Positions 14,012 through 27,900 of a DNA stretch of 64,000 nucleotides are shown here, in pieces. The notes below the pieces were generated by a model. It worked only from the letters and a program-made list of their open reading frames with translations, had not been told where the DNA came from and searched no databases. The number at the start of each line of letters is the position of its first letter. Positions within the stretch are counted from its first letter, which is position 1. A program made the translations under genes and the position numbers. This DNA comes from Octopus sinensis (taxonomy: Eukaryota). The stretch spans positions 16,120,001 through 16,184,000 of the forward strand of contig NC_043004.1 of the NCBI RefSeq assembly GCF_006345805.1. The letters run 5' to 3'.

Positions 14012-15296
14012 TTGGGTTGGCAACTAAGTTTCCGCCGTTTTTTTTAATTTTGGAATTTATTGCGTTTTTAAATTTTGGAATCTATTTTTTAATCATTTTG
14101 GAATCTATTTTATTCATTTATTTTATTTTTTGCTTTTTCTAGTTAATTTTAGTTAATGTTTGTTTATTTTCAGATCATTAAAATGGAATGTCAAGTTAAG
14201 AAAAACGAGCATTTTCGACACCTCCTTCTTTTTGCTTTTAATCAAGGTTCTAAGGCCGCAAAAGCTGCTCGTGACATTTGTGCTGTGTATGGAGAGGCTG
14301 CCATAGCTGAAAGAACCGCTCGTGATTGGTATGCAACTTTAAAAAATGGAAATTTCGACCTCAAAGACGCACTTCTTTCTGGCCGTCCATTTGAGTTCGA
14401 TGAAGAGCGATTAAACCAACTTTTGCATGAAAATGCTCGTCAAACGACAGGGGAAGGGCACAGAAAATGGAATGCTTCTACACTGCTATAGAGAAGCATC
14501 TTCACTCAATAAGAAAGTTTCAGAAGTATGCAGCATGCCGTTCGCATGCTTTAAGTGACAACAGCAAAAATCAACAAACCAAATCTCCGCTGGTTTACTT
14601 GCGCGTCGCCGCTCAACTCATGCACACAAGCAACGATTTCTTCACCGAATCATAATTGGCGACGAAAAATAGTGCCTGTACATCAATATTAAGCAGCGTA
14701 AAGAATGGCTTAGCCCAGGTAAACAAGCGACACCACGTGTGAATCAAGATCTTCATCCGCATAATACGTTGTTGTGCGTATGGTGGGACTGGGAAGGGAT
14801 TATCCATTACGAATTGCTTGAACGGAACCAAACGGTCAACGCAGAACTCTATGTTCAACAGATGGAACGACTCAACACGGCTATTCAAGATAAAAGACCC
14901 AATCGTCAGCATGGATTTCTTCTGCTGCACAACGCTCGCCCTCATATCGCCAATATGACTAAGAAAGCCATTCAAACGCATGGCTGGGAAGTGCTGCCGC
15001 ACCCGCCGTACTCTCCTGATTTGGCAACAACGGATTTCCACCTCTTTCGATCTCTTTCAAATGCCATACACGGAGTTTCGTTCAATACTTATGAAGAATT
15101 GAGAGCTTGGTTGGATCATCTTTTCGAGATGAAATCGGGGGATTTCTAGCAACGAGGTATTGAAAATATTGTTGAACGCTGGGAAGAGGTGGTACACAAC
15201 AAGGGTGAATACATTATTGATTAATTAGTTATTTTTTTTATTAAACCTTTAAAAATTTAAAATTTAAAAACGGCGGTAACTTAGTTGCCAACCTAA
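14012..15296 (+). mobile_element. Full-length (1285 bp) mariner DNA transposon, inactive
   Basis: TIRs TTGGGTTGGCAACTAAGTTTCCGCCGTTTTT / AAAAACGGCGGTAACTTAGTTGCCAACCTAA, each flanked by TA. Confidence 0.95.
14183..15224 (+). pseudogene. Mariner D,D34D transposase pseudogene
   Basis: MECQVKKNEHFRHLLLF..., GDEK, LCVWWDWEGIIHYELL, LLHNARPH (second catalytic D missing), HPPYSPDLATTDFHLFRSL; several frameshifts and stops. Confidence 0.93.
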
Positions 15297-16782
15297 TATA
15301 ATTTTATACTGAGATACAACGTATGTCAAACCACACAGTCAAAGAGTCCGTTCGCAATTCGGGATGGTAACCTATCCATTGAAGAAGATTTAGATGTGAT
15401 ACCTATCAAATTAAGCGACCACTTATAGTGTTCGCTGTATATATTACAAATAGTTATTTGATGAATTTAAGCAAAAATACAGCACTATGTATTTAGTTCA
15501 CGTCTTGGCCGAATCGGCGCTTCTATATGCCACACATTTGCATCAATAATATCGTTCAATATGATAGTCTTTGTGTTTCCCACATTTGTATCTCCCTACT
15601 CCATTTTGTCTTTGTTGAAGTGTCCATCACGACGAGTACGTGCATGTTTACATGATATTTTATTCAGAGACAGTTTATGTAAAACTATGCAGTCAAATAG
15701 CCCATCGTCATTCGGGATGGTAACTTGTGCTCATATACCACTCTACTATATCACCTACAGCACGCAAAAACCTTAAGAAAGCATAACTGCTAACGATTGT
15801 ACATTCGAATGCCTGTATATTCGACCGTAAAAACAAACCTTTCCATTTCTACTCTATTTGAACCACTACACCCGGCAGTTGAAATACTGGATAATTCATG
15901 ACAGTTCCTTTATGATTAATTTTGGCCAAGGCAAGCCTTTACCAGTTTTAGTGAAGTTATAATATTATTTAAAAGCAGCTAATTCATTAAATCGCTAGCG
16001 TAACTGCTCTGTAATCAAACTCAGTTTGTGTATGCAAAAGACGTCAGTATTCAGTATTATGCAATAATGTATTGATATTTGAAAGTTTTACTTTCCAAAT
16101 TTAATGCGCTCTAACTAATAACAAAAAGGAAATACTTTTCAAATTGAAAATCAGAACTGAATTTCATAGTGATAACATTAATAATTAAATTCATATTAAT
16201 GTAGATAAGTGAAACACGAAATTCAGTATCAACTTCAAAGAAAAAAAAAAAGAGAGAAATTTTCTTAAATTATTTCTGTGAAAATATGTTTACTAATGTT
16301 ACTAACGCAACTATAATTTCTTAGCATATTTTTTTCTCCTATTGTGTATAGAAACACGATACCGTTTCTTACTGAAAATTTAATAAATATTTCTTATTAT
16401 TCATCTACTTATTTTCAGAAAGTAAAAGTGAAAATTGCAGAGAAAATAAGAGAAAGCTAGAAACTATTCAAATGAGTGGTTGTGTATGTGAAAAATTTGT
16501 TTCTTTCGGTATAATACAGGTGCAATATTAGCAATAAAGACCTAAGGCAATGGCGTATAACATCAGATTATAGCAAGTAAATTTAGATTTTATAACCGCA
16601 ATGTTATGTTGTATATGATATTGGATGAAAAGCATACCTGTTCAATTTGTACCAAAATTAATTCGATTTATATAAATTTGCATAATTTAAATTAAGGACA
16701 CGTATGGAGCATCTAAATATCTAAGAAATATGTACAATATACATTTCTTTAAAGTAAAGATTACATTATATCCATATATATA

Positions 16783-17150
16783 TATAGGCGCAGCCGTGGC
16801 TGTAAATCCATGGTTACAGGTTCAGGTCCACTGCGTAACAAATTGAGCCATTTGCTATTTGGAATAAATTTTGCTGATGAAAACTGTAAGAAGCCCATCG
16901 TTTATATGTGTGTGTGCGTGGGTATATACGACTGTATGCGTGTGTGGGTGAGAGTGTCTGTATGTGTGAGCGTGTATGTATATATATATATGACCGTGCG
17001 TGCATGTGTAGGTGTTTGTGGGTATATGTCTGTGTGTGTGTGTGCGTGTGTGTGTCTGACACCACAACAGCTTCACAACTGGCTTTTAATTGTTTACATC
17101 TCCATAAACTAGTGTTGGGGCACAAGAGATCGATAGAGCAAGTTCATGGA
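16783..17150 (+). mobile_element. Old, diverged OK-type SINE
   Basis: ATAGGCGCAG head, GGTTCAGGTCCACTGCG, GAAAACTGTAAGAAGCCC, central (TG)n, degenerate 3' half. Confidence 0.6.
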
Positions 17151-17270
17151 TCAAAAATTCTAAGCCTTGCACACACGCATACACACACACATACATACAC
17201 ACACACTTTTTCACAAGTTTATATACATACGTATATATCATACATACACAGAGAGAGAGAGAGAGAGAGA

Positions 17271-17301
17271 GATAGAAAGATAGATAGATAGATAGATAGA
17301 C

Positions 17302-17340
<39 letters not shown>

Positions 17341-17372
17341 CAGACAGACGATAGATAGATAGATAGATAGAC

Positions 17373-17450
<78 letters not shown>
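17271..17450. repeat. (GATA)n tetranucleotide array
   Basis: Direct observation. Confidence 0.95.
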
Positions 17451-17627
17451 GCAGGCGCAGCCGTGGTTGCATTGTAAGAAGTTTAACTCCATTTATTAAT
17501 TTATGTTTATTATACAAAATACATGTACCCGGAGTTACGCCCTTTTTACTTGTGTGATTTTTTGTGAACCTGATAACTATCTATTTTTGTCCGTGTTAAT
17601 TGTAAACAAGGGAAAAATACACACATG

Positions 17628-17668
<41 letters not shown>

Positions 17669-17675
17669 GTATATG

Positions 17676-17732
<57 letters not shown>

Positions 17733-17744
17733 TATATGAAATTT

Positions 17745-17821
17745 TGAGTTTAGTTCACGGACCTCCGGTACTATCTTTGCGGACCACCAGGGGTCCACAG
17801 ACCCCGGGCTCAGAACCACTG
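17745..17821 (-). mobile_element. Possible hAT/Charlie-type MITE terminus
   Basis: Minus strand begins CAGTGGTTCTGAGCCCGGGGTCTGTGGACCCCTGGTGGTCCGC, resembling CAGTGGTTCTCAACC hAT termini; no partner end found. Confidence 0.4.
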
Positions 17822-20800
17822 AACTATATCATAAACTATAACCGATATCGTGCAGGTGACATACTCTCACTGTTATTGGTCAACTCATTTTTTATTTCTC
17901 AGCTTCGTTATTGATTTATCAATGTTTTATTCTAGGAAGGGAAATATAGGAAATTTATTTAGTTTCTGTTATCGTTTTTCTTAAATTCTTATTCGTATCA
18001 TTATAGGTAAGAAATTCAAGAGCTTATTGTGTACACAAATTATATTTCAGTTTTTTCTCTATAACTATTGACAAGCTGTTTCTGTATCGTCTAAGCCGTT
18101 AGCATAAGGTAAAAAAAAGCAGTCAATAAACAGCTGCCTTATCTTACATTTTAACCAGGAGGACAGGTTTAGCAGGAGAGAAAAAAGGGGAAAGAAAATA
18201 TGGTTCTCATACATAGAGAGTTTGAAACATTTTCGACTGTACTCAGTTAATTTTATTTCGCTTTTCCCTTAACCAAAGCGAACGCACTTAAAGCAAATTC
18301 TAAATCAAGTGTGCTATGGGAATTTCCTAACTTTAGTCTGCATTTTAAATTTCAAGCATACTTCTGGTGTGTGTGTGTGTGTGTGTGTGTCCGTATGTGC
18401 GTGCGTTTGCATGTGTGTGTCTGTGTCTGTGTGTATGTGTGTGTGTGTCTGTGTGTATGTGTGTGTGTGTGTCTGTGTGTATGTGTGTGTGTGTCTGTGT
18501 GTATGTGTGTGTGTGTGAGGTGTACATCCTGAATTCATGATTTGTCCAATCGAATATACGTAGATGCGTACTGTTGAAAGTTCATTCCAATTTCTAATAT
18601 TAGTATCTACTCCAAAGTAATAAATATATAGACAGGTTATAATTTAAATGTCATGCTGGCGTTTCAAACTTTTAATTCGGTTAAGTAAAGGTAGGTATAA
18701 ATCTCGAGAAAATAGCTACCTATTTCCTAACTTATTACATCTCACCACTAATTCTGACAAGCCGCTTGTATTGAATAAACTTATTGAATTTCTGTCTGTG
18801 ATTTATATTGTGGGATGTACGCAGCGGCTGATAGCCAAATAACGTCTTAGTGGTGGCTTAGACACTGAGGAATTATGATAATGACATTAACAACATCTAT
18901 TGATACCAATTTCTTTTGAGATTTCCATAAAGCACAGCGTAACTAGAATCATTTTAGTTCTTTCGAAGAATTGTTCTTTGATAAGAATGAATCACCAAAA
19001 GGGTCAATGGAAATTATTGAAAATTGCAAGAACACGGTGATTTAAAGAAGTTAATGTCCAGAAAATAATCACTTAAGACACAATGGTATATTTGTAAAAT
19101 GCTTGACAGCTGCGTCTACCTGTATTTATAAGACTTTTAAGCAATTGCTGAACGGAAATTTCAGATCGGCTATGAATTGGAAAAGGACATAAATAGAATT
19201 CTTGAAATTTAATGAAAAGTTCTAAGTTTTACCAGATAATATGGTTAGCAGTGCTATACGAATTATCTGAACAAATATCGGAAAATATTTAGGTAAGGAA
19301 TGCATTGCATTACTTCATTTGCTTTGCTTCTGTTCAATAATGCTTATCTTTAGAACGTTAAAATATAGTGTGCAGTTGCTAATAACAGCCAATGATGTAA
19401 CACATGTACTTCAGCAAGAAAAATACATTTAAAGTAGCGAATTATAACACACTGCAGTTCTCTGTTACTACTACAATCAATCGCCCATTCAAATGTATAA
19501 TACTGGACTGATGTGGACAATTTAACAAAAATAAACCATGGTAAGCTTCAGCAAACGTTTTAGAGATTAGGATGCATTATCATTAAATAACATTAATTTC
19601 AGCAAATTGTAAGCCACTGAATTACAGACTAAAGCGTGAATTCTGTTCAATAAGAACATTTTGCATTCAAATTTTTCATAGCATTAACGTTTTTTATCTT
19701 ATTTTATTATAGATTTTTCTTAGTTTGAGGCATTTTTTAAAGAACAATTGCTTCATTTGCAATGGTGTTATGCATTTTTACAGTCGGCTCTGATCATAGA
19801 ATTGTGATATGAACGTTTAAGCTGAAGTTGGGAATACATACGGATTTAGGTAAAAATAGACAAATTATGATTTGAAGACACAACTAATGCAGCTCTGAGA
19901 AATACATATACAGTAATATTAGATGTTTCAGATGAAGTCATATTTATCAACTTCATTTGCAGTAACATTGTAAATGCATAAGGAATTGTGGAATAGCAAA
20001 TATTTCAAAAGTAGTAGCAATCTATCCTCAGTAAGGCAAGGTATGGATGAAGCATCTCAAGCTACTTATAAAGTAGATAAAGTCAGGAGACATAACAAAC
20101 AACAATGGATATTTGGTTGAAAAATAGACAATTTCCAACTTAAAGAAAGGAGAACTTTGATATTATATACAGCCCCGTAGCAGTAGTTTACCACTTATTA
20201 CCTCTCCCTTCAGGAAGACTGATGTTATCGCAAACATTTGAAATACTAATGTGCATTGGAAGTTTCAAATATCTGGACATAAAATTTATAAACATAAATG
20301 ATATCATCTGTAGACTTCAGTAAAAACTTTGATTAAGTTCGCCGAGTCAAAATGATACACACTCTGAATGTGCATAGAATCTAGGGCACTGTTGTAGATG
20401 CAAGGAACATTCTCTATAAAGACAGCGCCGTTCACATTACATAATATTATGACAATGCAGACCGCTCTGATGTCTTGACAGATATACTAAAAGCTGATTT
20501 TCTGAACCATTTCTTTTCTTGCATAGCCTTGGAGATTTCAATACGAATTGCAACATCAAATGTAGGAGAATCGCATTTCCATATAGCTCCTTGAAAACTC
20601 AGTCGGCATTCTACAACTATTGCTTGGTCTTACTTTTTCACCCGATTTTTGTCGGTGTTTTTACATACAATCAGTTGGTAGGTCCGTTTCCTGTAAGGGT
20701 GGGGCATCATATAAGTCAAAGGAACACCTGATATTCGAGGCTTGTTTTGAATTTTTATAAGTGAACAATACATCCTTGTATGGAATACTGTTGTCATATC

Positions 20801-22387
20801 TGGGCAGATGCATCAGCACGCCACTTAGATACCCACGACCAGGTCGAGAAGAAAGTCTCTAATTTGATTTGTCCCTCTCTCGCTTCAACTCTGCACCCCT
20901 TGTCACATAGGCCTGACGTCGTTGTACAGGATGTGTCCAGATGAACTTCCTTAGTTCCTGATCACGTTCTTCCATCTCAACTCACTTGAAAATCACAGCA
21001 CCTTCATTTAAATTCTGTTGTGCTTCCATAAATCACGAACTCGCGAACTTCCAGGCTTTCGAACTCTCTTCTTTCCTATTATTTTATTCCTTCTTATGAC
21101 GGGAATTCTTTCAAGTCTAAAGTAATTTCATTCCTTTCGCCTTAAATTCTCCTTCTTCTTAGTTACATTACGTGGTTTATCGCCTTGTTTGGGGATTTCT
21201 GAAAAAATGCTTCTGATATTGATTATGCAGACGTTATACCTTTTTATTTCTAATATCATCAGAGAAGATCAACGAAATAAGGAAGCTGCAAAACAGACTG
21301 AAAAGCACGTCAATGATGAGGAAAAAATGAAGTAAGAACCGAAATTGCATGGTCGCCGATGAAGATAATATCTGCAAAAGAAGAAAGAACTCTATATAAT
21401 AACATCCAAATATAGATTTTTACAGTTGTTATAAAAAGCATATTGATAAAGGTATTTGAATGCTAGACATTCACAAAATATTGGCTAGGAAGGTAGCTAG
21501 AACATGTACAAAGAATTTGCGGTGCGTGAAGAAGGTTCAATGCGTTTTATGGGGGCAACGCCTACTGAAATATGTATTTTATAGAAAATGTATGGTATTC
21601 TTAACAGGGGCCATCATACAAATTAAATTTGTGGAGGTGCTGTTGGCGAATAACTTATGAAATTGAATAATATAAACCATGTAGCTAAAAAGAAGCATCA
21701 CTTGTCGAATTAATTGGAGCTGTTGCTAGGGGACACGAGACATGAAAAGAAAATTGATGCAGAGATGACGGAGGACGGAAATGTGGATGCGGCAAGCGAA
21801 TCAAGTGCGAATGCGTTAAAATGGTATCATTGTACAAAAATAAATGAATACATCTTTGGTTCCCGATGAAGAAGATTGTCAGTTCCAATTCAGTGTTCTT
21901 ATTTTCTTGAACACAATATCATGAATTGGGATATCTTATTGGTTGAGTTTTCAATGGTTTTAGGTGTCTGAAAAAGCGACATGGACGTCAGTAAGCAGAA
22001 TAATAGGAGAGCGGATTATCTAAGGAAGATAGTATGTAAAAGGATATACATGAATTTAAATGTATGTGTGTATATGAGTATGCATACGCACATGCATATA
22101 TACACGCATATATGAGTATGTATATGCACATACATATAAGTATTTGTATGTGTCTATGAATGGGTTTTCTGCGCATAATTTAGTTATTGTTTTAAAATTT
22201 CATGTTATAATCATATTTCCAGCGTTTAATAAATAGAACATATTTGTGGTGCATTTTTAGATTTATTTATTCGGTATGTTAGGCTTTCACTAATTCCACT
22301 GTTGTTTCTTTATAAATAATCTCTATTCAAATTTTGCAGAATGAAAGAAATATGATTCTATGACAATAGGAAACGTATTGTGTATAT

Positions 22388-22419
<32 letters not shown>

Positions 22420-23249
22420 TTCTGTTGCCTCTTCTTTTAAATCGTGTAAAACATGATTAGTTCAAATCTTTGTGTTCTCGAATATTACGTAAGCGCTACT
22501 CAGATTAACTATATGTTACGTTTATAAAAGAATTCCAATACTACTCATCATATCTGTCATGTTGACGTCTTAATTTTAACATTTATTTCCAAATCTCTTG
22601 TTTGAATGGTGCGAAGCCCACCATTTTCTTTCATATTTATGAAAGAAAAAAATTAAAGAAGAGAGTTTGAAATAATATTTTCAAAATTTATTCAATTACA
22701 TTGCATTTAATGCTTGTCAAGATATGATCCTTTCAAAGCGTTAAAACACGCGAAAGAATTTATCGTTTCTTTTCAAATTTCATTTAGGAATTGAGTAAAA
22801 ATTTGGCGCTTATATCAGTTCTTTCAATCCTTTCTAAATATCAGTTGAATATTAGAATTATCATGCAAAATATTTATTATTAAGAAATCAAAAATAGTGA
22901 TGTATATTCACAAAATGTTGTTGAGTGTAATGAGAAAACATAAAGCAATTATAAACAGTATAAGTCAATCGATTTGCAAGTCAATACAAATTCATGAAAT
23001 CGATGATGTACAACCGTGCACACATAAGTACACAGCGATAATTGTGTGTGCCGAGTGAAAATATACACACACACATACATATACATACATAAATATATGT
23101 ATATATACATAAATATATATATGTATATATACATAAAATATATATGTTTATATGTATATATATATATATATACACCTATATGTGTATGTATTTATATATA
23201 TACACATATATATACATATATATACATGTACATATATATACATATATAC

Positions 23250-23386
<137 letters not shown>

Positions 23387-24029
23387 AACATGTATGTATA
23401 TACATATATTAAGGTTGTGAAGTTTCCCCGTATCGAAGTACGATAAGCTGAAAAAAGTAAATTTTGTAGTTCACCACTCTTCGGTAGCCGGACGTAAAGA
23501 GGTAAATAAGTTCCCACTTCAATTCGTAGACTAAGGTGGTAAGTGATAATGTAAGTGATAATGAGCCTTTAGCCTCTTTTGCCAGCGACACGGGAAACAC
23601 GTCAGATGCTGGCTGATCGACAAGGCGGAAGAGTCATAGAACAATAGCTTAAATCTTATTGTGGTCAAGTGGAAAATCTGTACCATCAGACAACGGCTGG
23701 TGGTCGACAAGCGCGTGAGCTGCTCCTGCGGTGCCGCTTCATCATCAAACATGCTCGTTGCACTCTTGTACGTCGTTTGGTACGGAGCGTGAGGGATCAG
23801 AGAGGCAGTCGAAGACACCAGCAGATCTACAATAAATACCGCAAAGTGACGCTGTCAACTCAATGCATATTATACAAATTACAGGGTTTGGAAAAAAAAT
23901 GGAGACGGCTCGTTAAATTGCAGTTTTATTATTTAATACGAAATTGGTCCTCTTTGACGTAAAGCACAAATACGTGGGTAATTTTGATGATTTCTCTAAA
24001 AAATATACGTTAACTGTTTTGGCGATGAT

Positions 24030-24560
24030 GGCAGAGGTAAATGAATTCCGATTTGCTCCTACAAAATACTCAATAATTTTTCGACTATATTGAAATTCGA
24101 TGGTTATGAAGGATAATCTAATTATCTGAATTCCTTTAGTGCACTTCGTACTAACTTTGAGTTACATTAACTGTGTGGATCTTCACAGTGGAATTTGAAA
24201 AGAATCCATAAAATGCGATATCATCAGAGAACAATTTTTGTACCATACGTTGGACAAGATCAATGAAAATACATAGACAACTCTTGGCGTTATCTCTGCC
24301 GTTAAGAATGACTAAAAGCCCATGAGAATTCTGTAATATAGCTGCCCAGATCATCATAGAGTCACCTCCATTGCGCACGTTCATCGGAGAGAATGACATA
24401 CTTCTATTGAGCAATTATCAAATACTGAGAGCCTAAAACAATATTTCTGCTTACTAATGTTGCTTGGAAATAGGAGAGTTTTTGCAATTTCGGTACTTCC
24501 ATGGTATCTAGTTTTTGCAATCTAGAGCGAACGGTTTTAGCTGGCACAAACATAGCAAGT
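24030..24560 (-). pseudogene. Tc1-family transposase relic with internal deletion
   Basis: KTVRSRL, VILSDE joined to RNGGDSMMIWAAI...LNGRDN, then LDYPS*PSNFNIVEKLL (cf. GGGSVMVW and WPSQSPDLNPIENLW). Confidence 0.75.
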
Positions 24561-25014
24561 AGATGGTTTACTGCTGCCATCGCTTTTGCAACAGTAGTTC
24601 AACAACTTTTAGACAATGTGTTGCATGGTTCAATATTCCCATTCTATAAGCTTTTGAATCATGCTTGCCAGAGCTGGTGTCGACTTCGTTTTCTAATGCC
24701 ACCATACTTTTAGAATATGAAAAACTAAACAATCCTGCAGTTTCTGTGTCTGCAGCAACTACCATTCTCCAGTAATGTCTCCTATTTAAAACTCACTTGG
24801 TGCAACAGTATAGCTAATTTAAGTATAAATATATATGCAAAGTAAATGAAATAATACAAAGGAGTATATCATGACGCATGAATAAAAATATACAGACTTG
24901 ATTTATATTCAGGTTCGATTTTAACATAGTGCCAATAGAAAAATATAATACTGAAAAAGTAATGTTTTCGATATTTTGCCCAGTTAGTATAGATTTCACT
25001 TGATCCCCTACGTT

Positions 25015-25016
<2 letters not shown>

Positions 25017-25083
<67 letters not shown>
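25017..25083. repeat. (ATT)n microsatellite
   Basis: Direct observation. Confidence 0.95.
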
Positions 25084-25085
<2 letters not shown>

Positions 25086-25751
25086 AGATTGTTTATTTCC
25101 AGTTTAGATCTTACCATTAAACATTGCCCATGTTTAACTAATTATGGAGAACACTAACCAATTGCTTCTTCTAAAGATTCTGCCTTTCATTTGACGTTAA
25201 AGAGGTTATAAGCTTACTTAATACAATTCAACGTAAATTAGAAAGGCAACAAGAAGCGTTGCTCGCCAAACAATTATCCGCTGTTTACTATAAGGACATG
25301 ATTTATATGTGTATTTGTGTGAATGTGAGTGAGTTTGTGTCCGTTAATCTGTTCCAATCTGTGTGACTTGATTTGCATGAAGTTTTGAGATACTTTGATA
25401 CAAGATTTTAACGACCAAATCAAATTCAAATGTAGCTTCAAATATCTCATAATATGAAGAATAAAACCTAATCGTCACGAAAAAAAAAACGTTGACAGAA
25501 CAATTTACGGGAAGCAGATCACGCACCCATCTTTCATCGGACGGTTGTGATGCCACTATATCATAATCAGGTGACGATTTAAATTAGAAGCCATAGCTAT
25601 CTGTGCAAGCTTGAAAATGAGGAAATCTCTTTCTGTTCATTTACAGTAATGGTGAATTACGAATATATATGTTTGCTTTTATAGTATTGCTCTTTAAAAG
25701 TTGCTGAAATTTAAATGAAACTAAATAATAGCTCATCTTCTATAACAATAT

Positions 25752-25956
25752 CTCTTTTACTCTTTTACTTGTTTCAGTCCTTTGACTGTGGCCATGCTAG
25801 AGTACCGCCGTTAGTCGAGCAAATCGCCCCCAGGACTTATGTGCCTAGTACTTATGTGTGTGCCTAGTACTTATTCTCTCGGTCTCTTAAGCCGAACCGC
25901 TAGGTTACAGGGACGTAAACATACCAGCGTCGGTTGTCAAACGATGTTGGCGAGGG

Positions 25957-26045
<89 letters not shown>

Positions 26046-26192
26046 TATATATACGACGGGTTTTTTTCAGTTTCTGTTTACTAGATCCACTCACAATGCT
26101 TTGGTCAGCCCAAGGTGCCACGCAATGAGACTGAACTCAGAAGCATGTGGTGGATAAGCAAGCTACTTACCACATAGCCATTCCTGCGCCTA
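25752..26192 (-). mobile_element. OK-type SINE with internal deletion
   Basis: Tail, body and head match other copies; part of the 5' body is missing. Confidence 0.85.
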
Positions 26193-27399
26193 TGAACCAT
26201 TATCTATTTCCATTTATCAGCTTCTTAAAGTGTCATATATGTGTGTGGGTGTGTGTGTGTTTGTGTGTGGGTGTATGCGTGTTCGTGTCTAAGAGAGAGA
26301 ATAATTGTGTGTGCAGGTGTTTAGGTTATTGTGGGTGTATGACTATGCATGCATTTATATATCTGGAGATGAGGTTGCAACTTGAAGATAAGATTTTAAT
26401 GTGATTTCCCTGAATTACCATCACCTCCACATCCTTTTTCCATAGAAGCACTTCATACTTTGCGAGTTCCTCCAACTATACACCCATCTACCTTTCTATC
26501 TTACATATAAATACGGCACGCTAAACGACCTCGTTAGTTGTATCAAAGGAGCAATGAAGCTAACGGTGTGAACTCTCTCTTCAATTGTATTCATTATACG
26601 CAATCGTTGCGCCCAAAAAATTACGGCCATACGCAGGGAAGCTTTTAATTCTTCTCTCCGTCATAAAATATTCCTTAACATATGGAATCACTCCACAGTG
26701 TGTCCCATTCGAAAGAATGCCAACACTTATGACCCAGCCAAGCATCGTTCTATTTCATTTACGTCATTTTTCCTTTGTGTGTGTGTGTTTCTATGTTAAT
26801 GATTACAGCCATTAACAATGACGTTTTTCAACAGCTCGAATTTCTCTCAGTCGTTCCGTTTCTCATTCTTTCATCTTTTACACAAACCCTACCGACATGG
26901 CTTACATAGAGGTACATACTCTAAGACTAACATGCAAATGTAACCACGCCTATGTGACACGCCAATTTCGCTCAGGAGAGAGTTTAGCGAAGGCAGCATT
27001 CTAGCACAAGAAGTAAACATTGGTTCCCACTGCGCGTTACCTACGAATCTATCAAAGTTCTGCGTACTATTTCTCATTTCTTAGATCAGTAGTTTCCTAC
27101 CAGATTGACCATCAATGAATATTTTAACGGACCACCTTATCTGCCATTTTGACTCAAATTGAGTGTCATCCATTCTCTCCTATAAAAGAATGAGTTCCTG
27201 AATGCTGATTCATATAATGCCTACTCCTATGCAAATTATTTCTAACTTTCATTATTAATGAACGTTCCCCAACCATGCTTTGATTCTTACAATCAGAGGC
27301 TACATACAAACCAGTATAAGTTCTGTGAATAGATACATTGGGAGTATCACTCTTTTGGGGCCAAACCCTTAAAAATCTTCAAATTTTAATATCAACAAA

Positions 27400-27900
27400 A
27401 ATATGGTATCAGATCTTTCTCAACAAAGCAACTTTCAGCTGGACTCTGACCATTGCAATTACCAAGGGTTCCTCCTGGCCGACCGCATCCCTAACATAAA
27501 CAGAACTGCATCCTCAAGACTGGACCTTCCTTTAAGGATCATTAAGATATGCAATCTCCAAAAGTTGATGACACCCAACAAAGCACAAATGAGGTCCAGT
27601 ATTGCGTATTGTTCTCAAGTCTGGGACGGAGTCAAACATGCGTAGAAAGGCATGGTTGACTTGATTGAGGGAATTCACTTTGAATTACTAACAGGCACGG
27701 TCTACTCTCTGAACAATAGACCTGTGTTTCAAATATCTACCTTATCTTCTAACACTCCCACTACCTTTCACCCCCACTAACCATCATATAGTCCTCTCAA
27801 ACAGCTCGCTGCTCGTGTCTTCTCTGTCGGTGTTGAATTGCAACAATTGAAAGAGAACATTGACGACATAAAACTCAACGGTTGCCGATAACATCCGAAG
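27400..27900 (+). pseudogene. Decayed non-LTR retrotransposon RT C-terminal fragment (CR1/L2-like)
   Basis: NKAQMRSSIAYCSQVWDG resembles the YKAQVRP.MEYCS.VW.G motif downstream of LINE RT domains. Confidence 0.5.

Noticed and set aside
18159-18202. Collagen-like exon (GLA-GEK-GER)
   Set aside because: Needs several indels to restore Gly-X-Y phase, and no other collagen-like exon was found.
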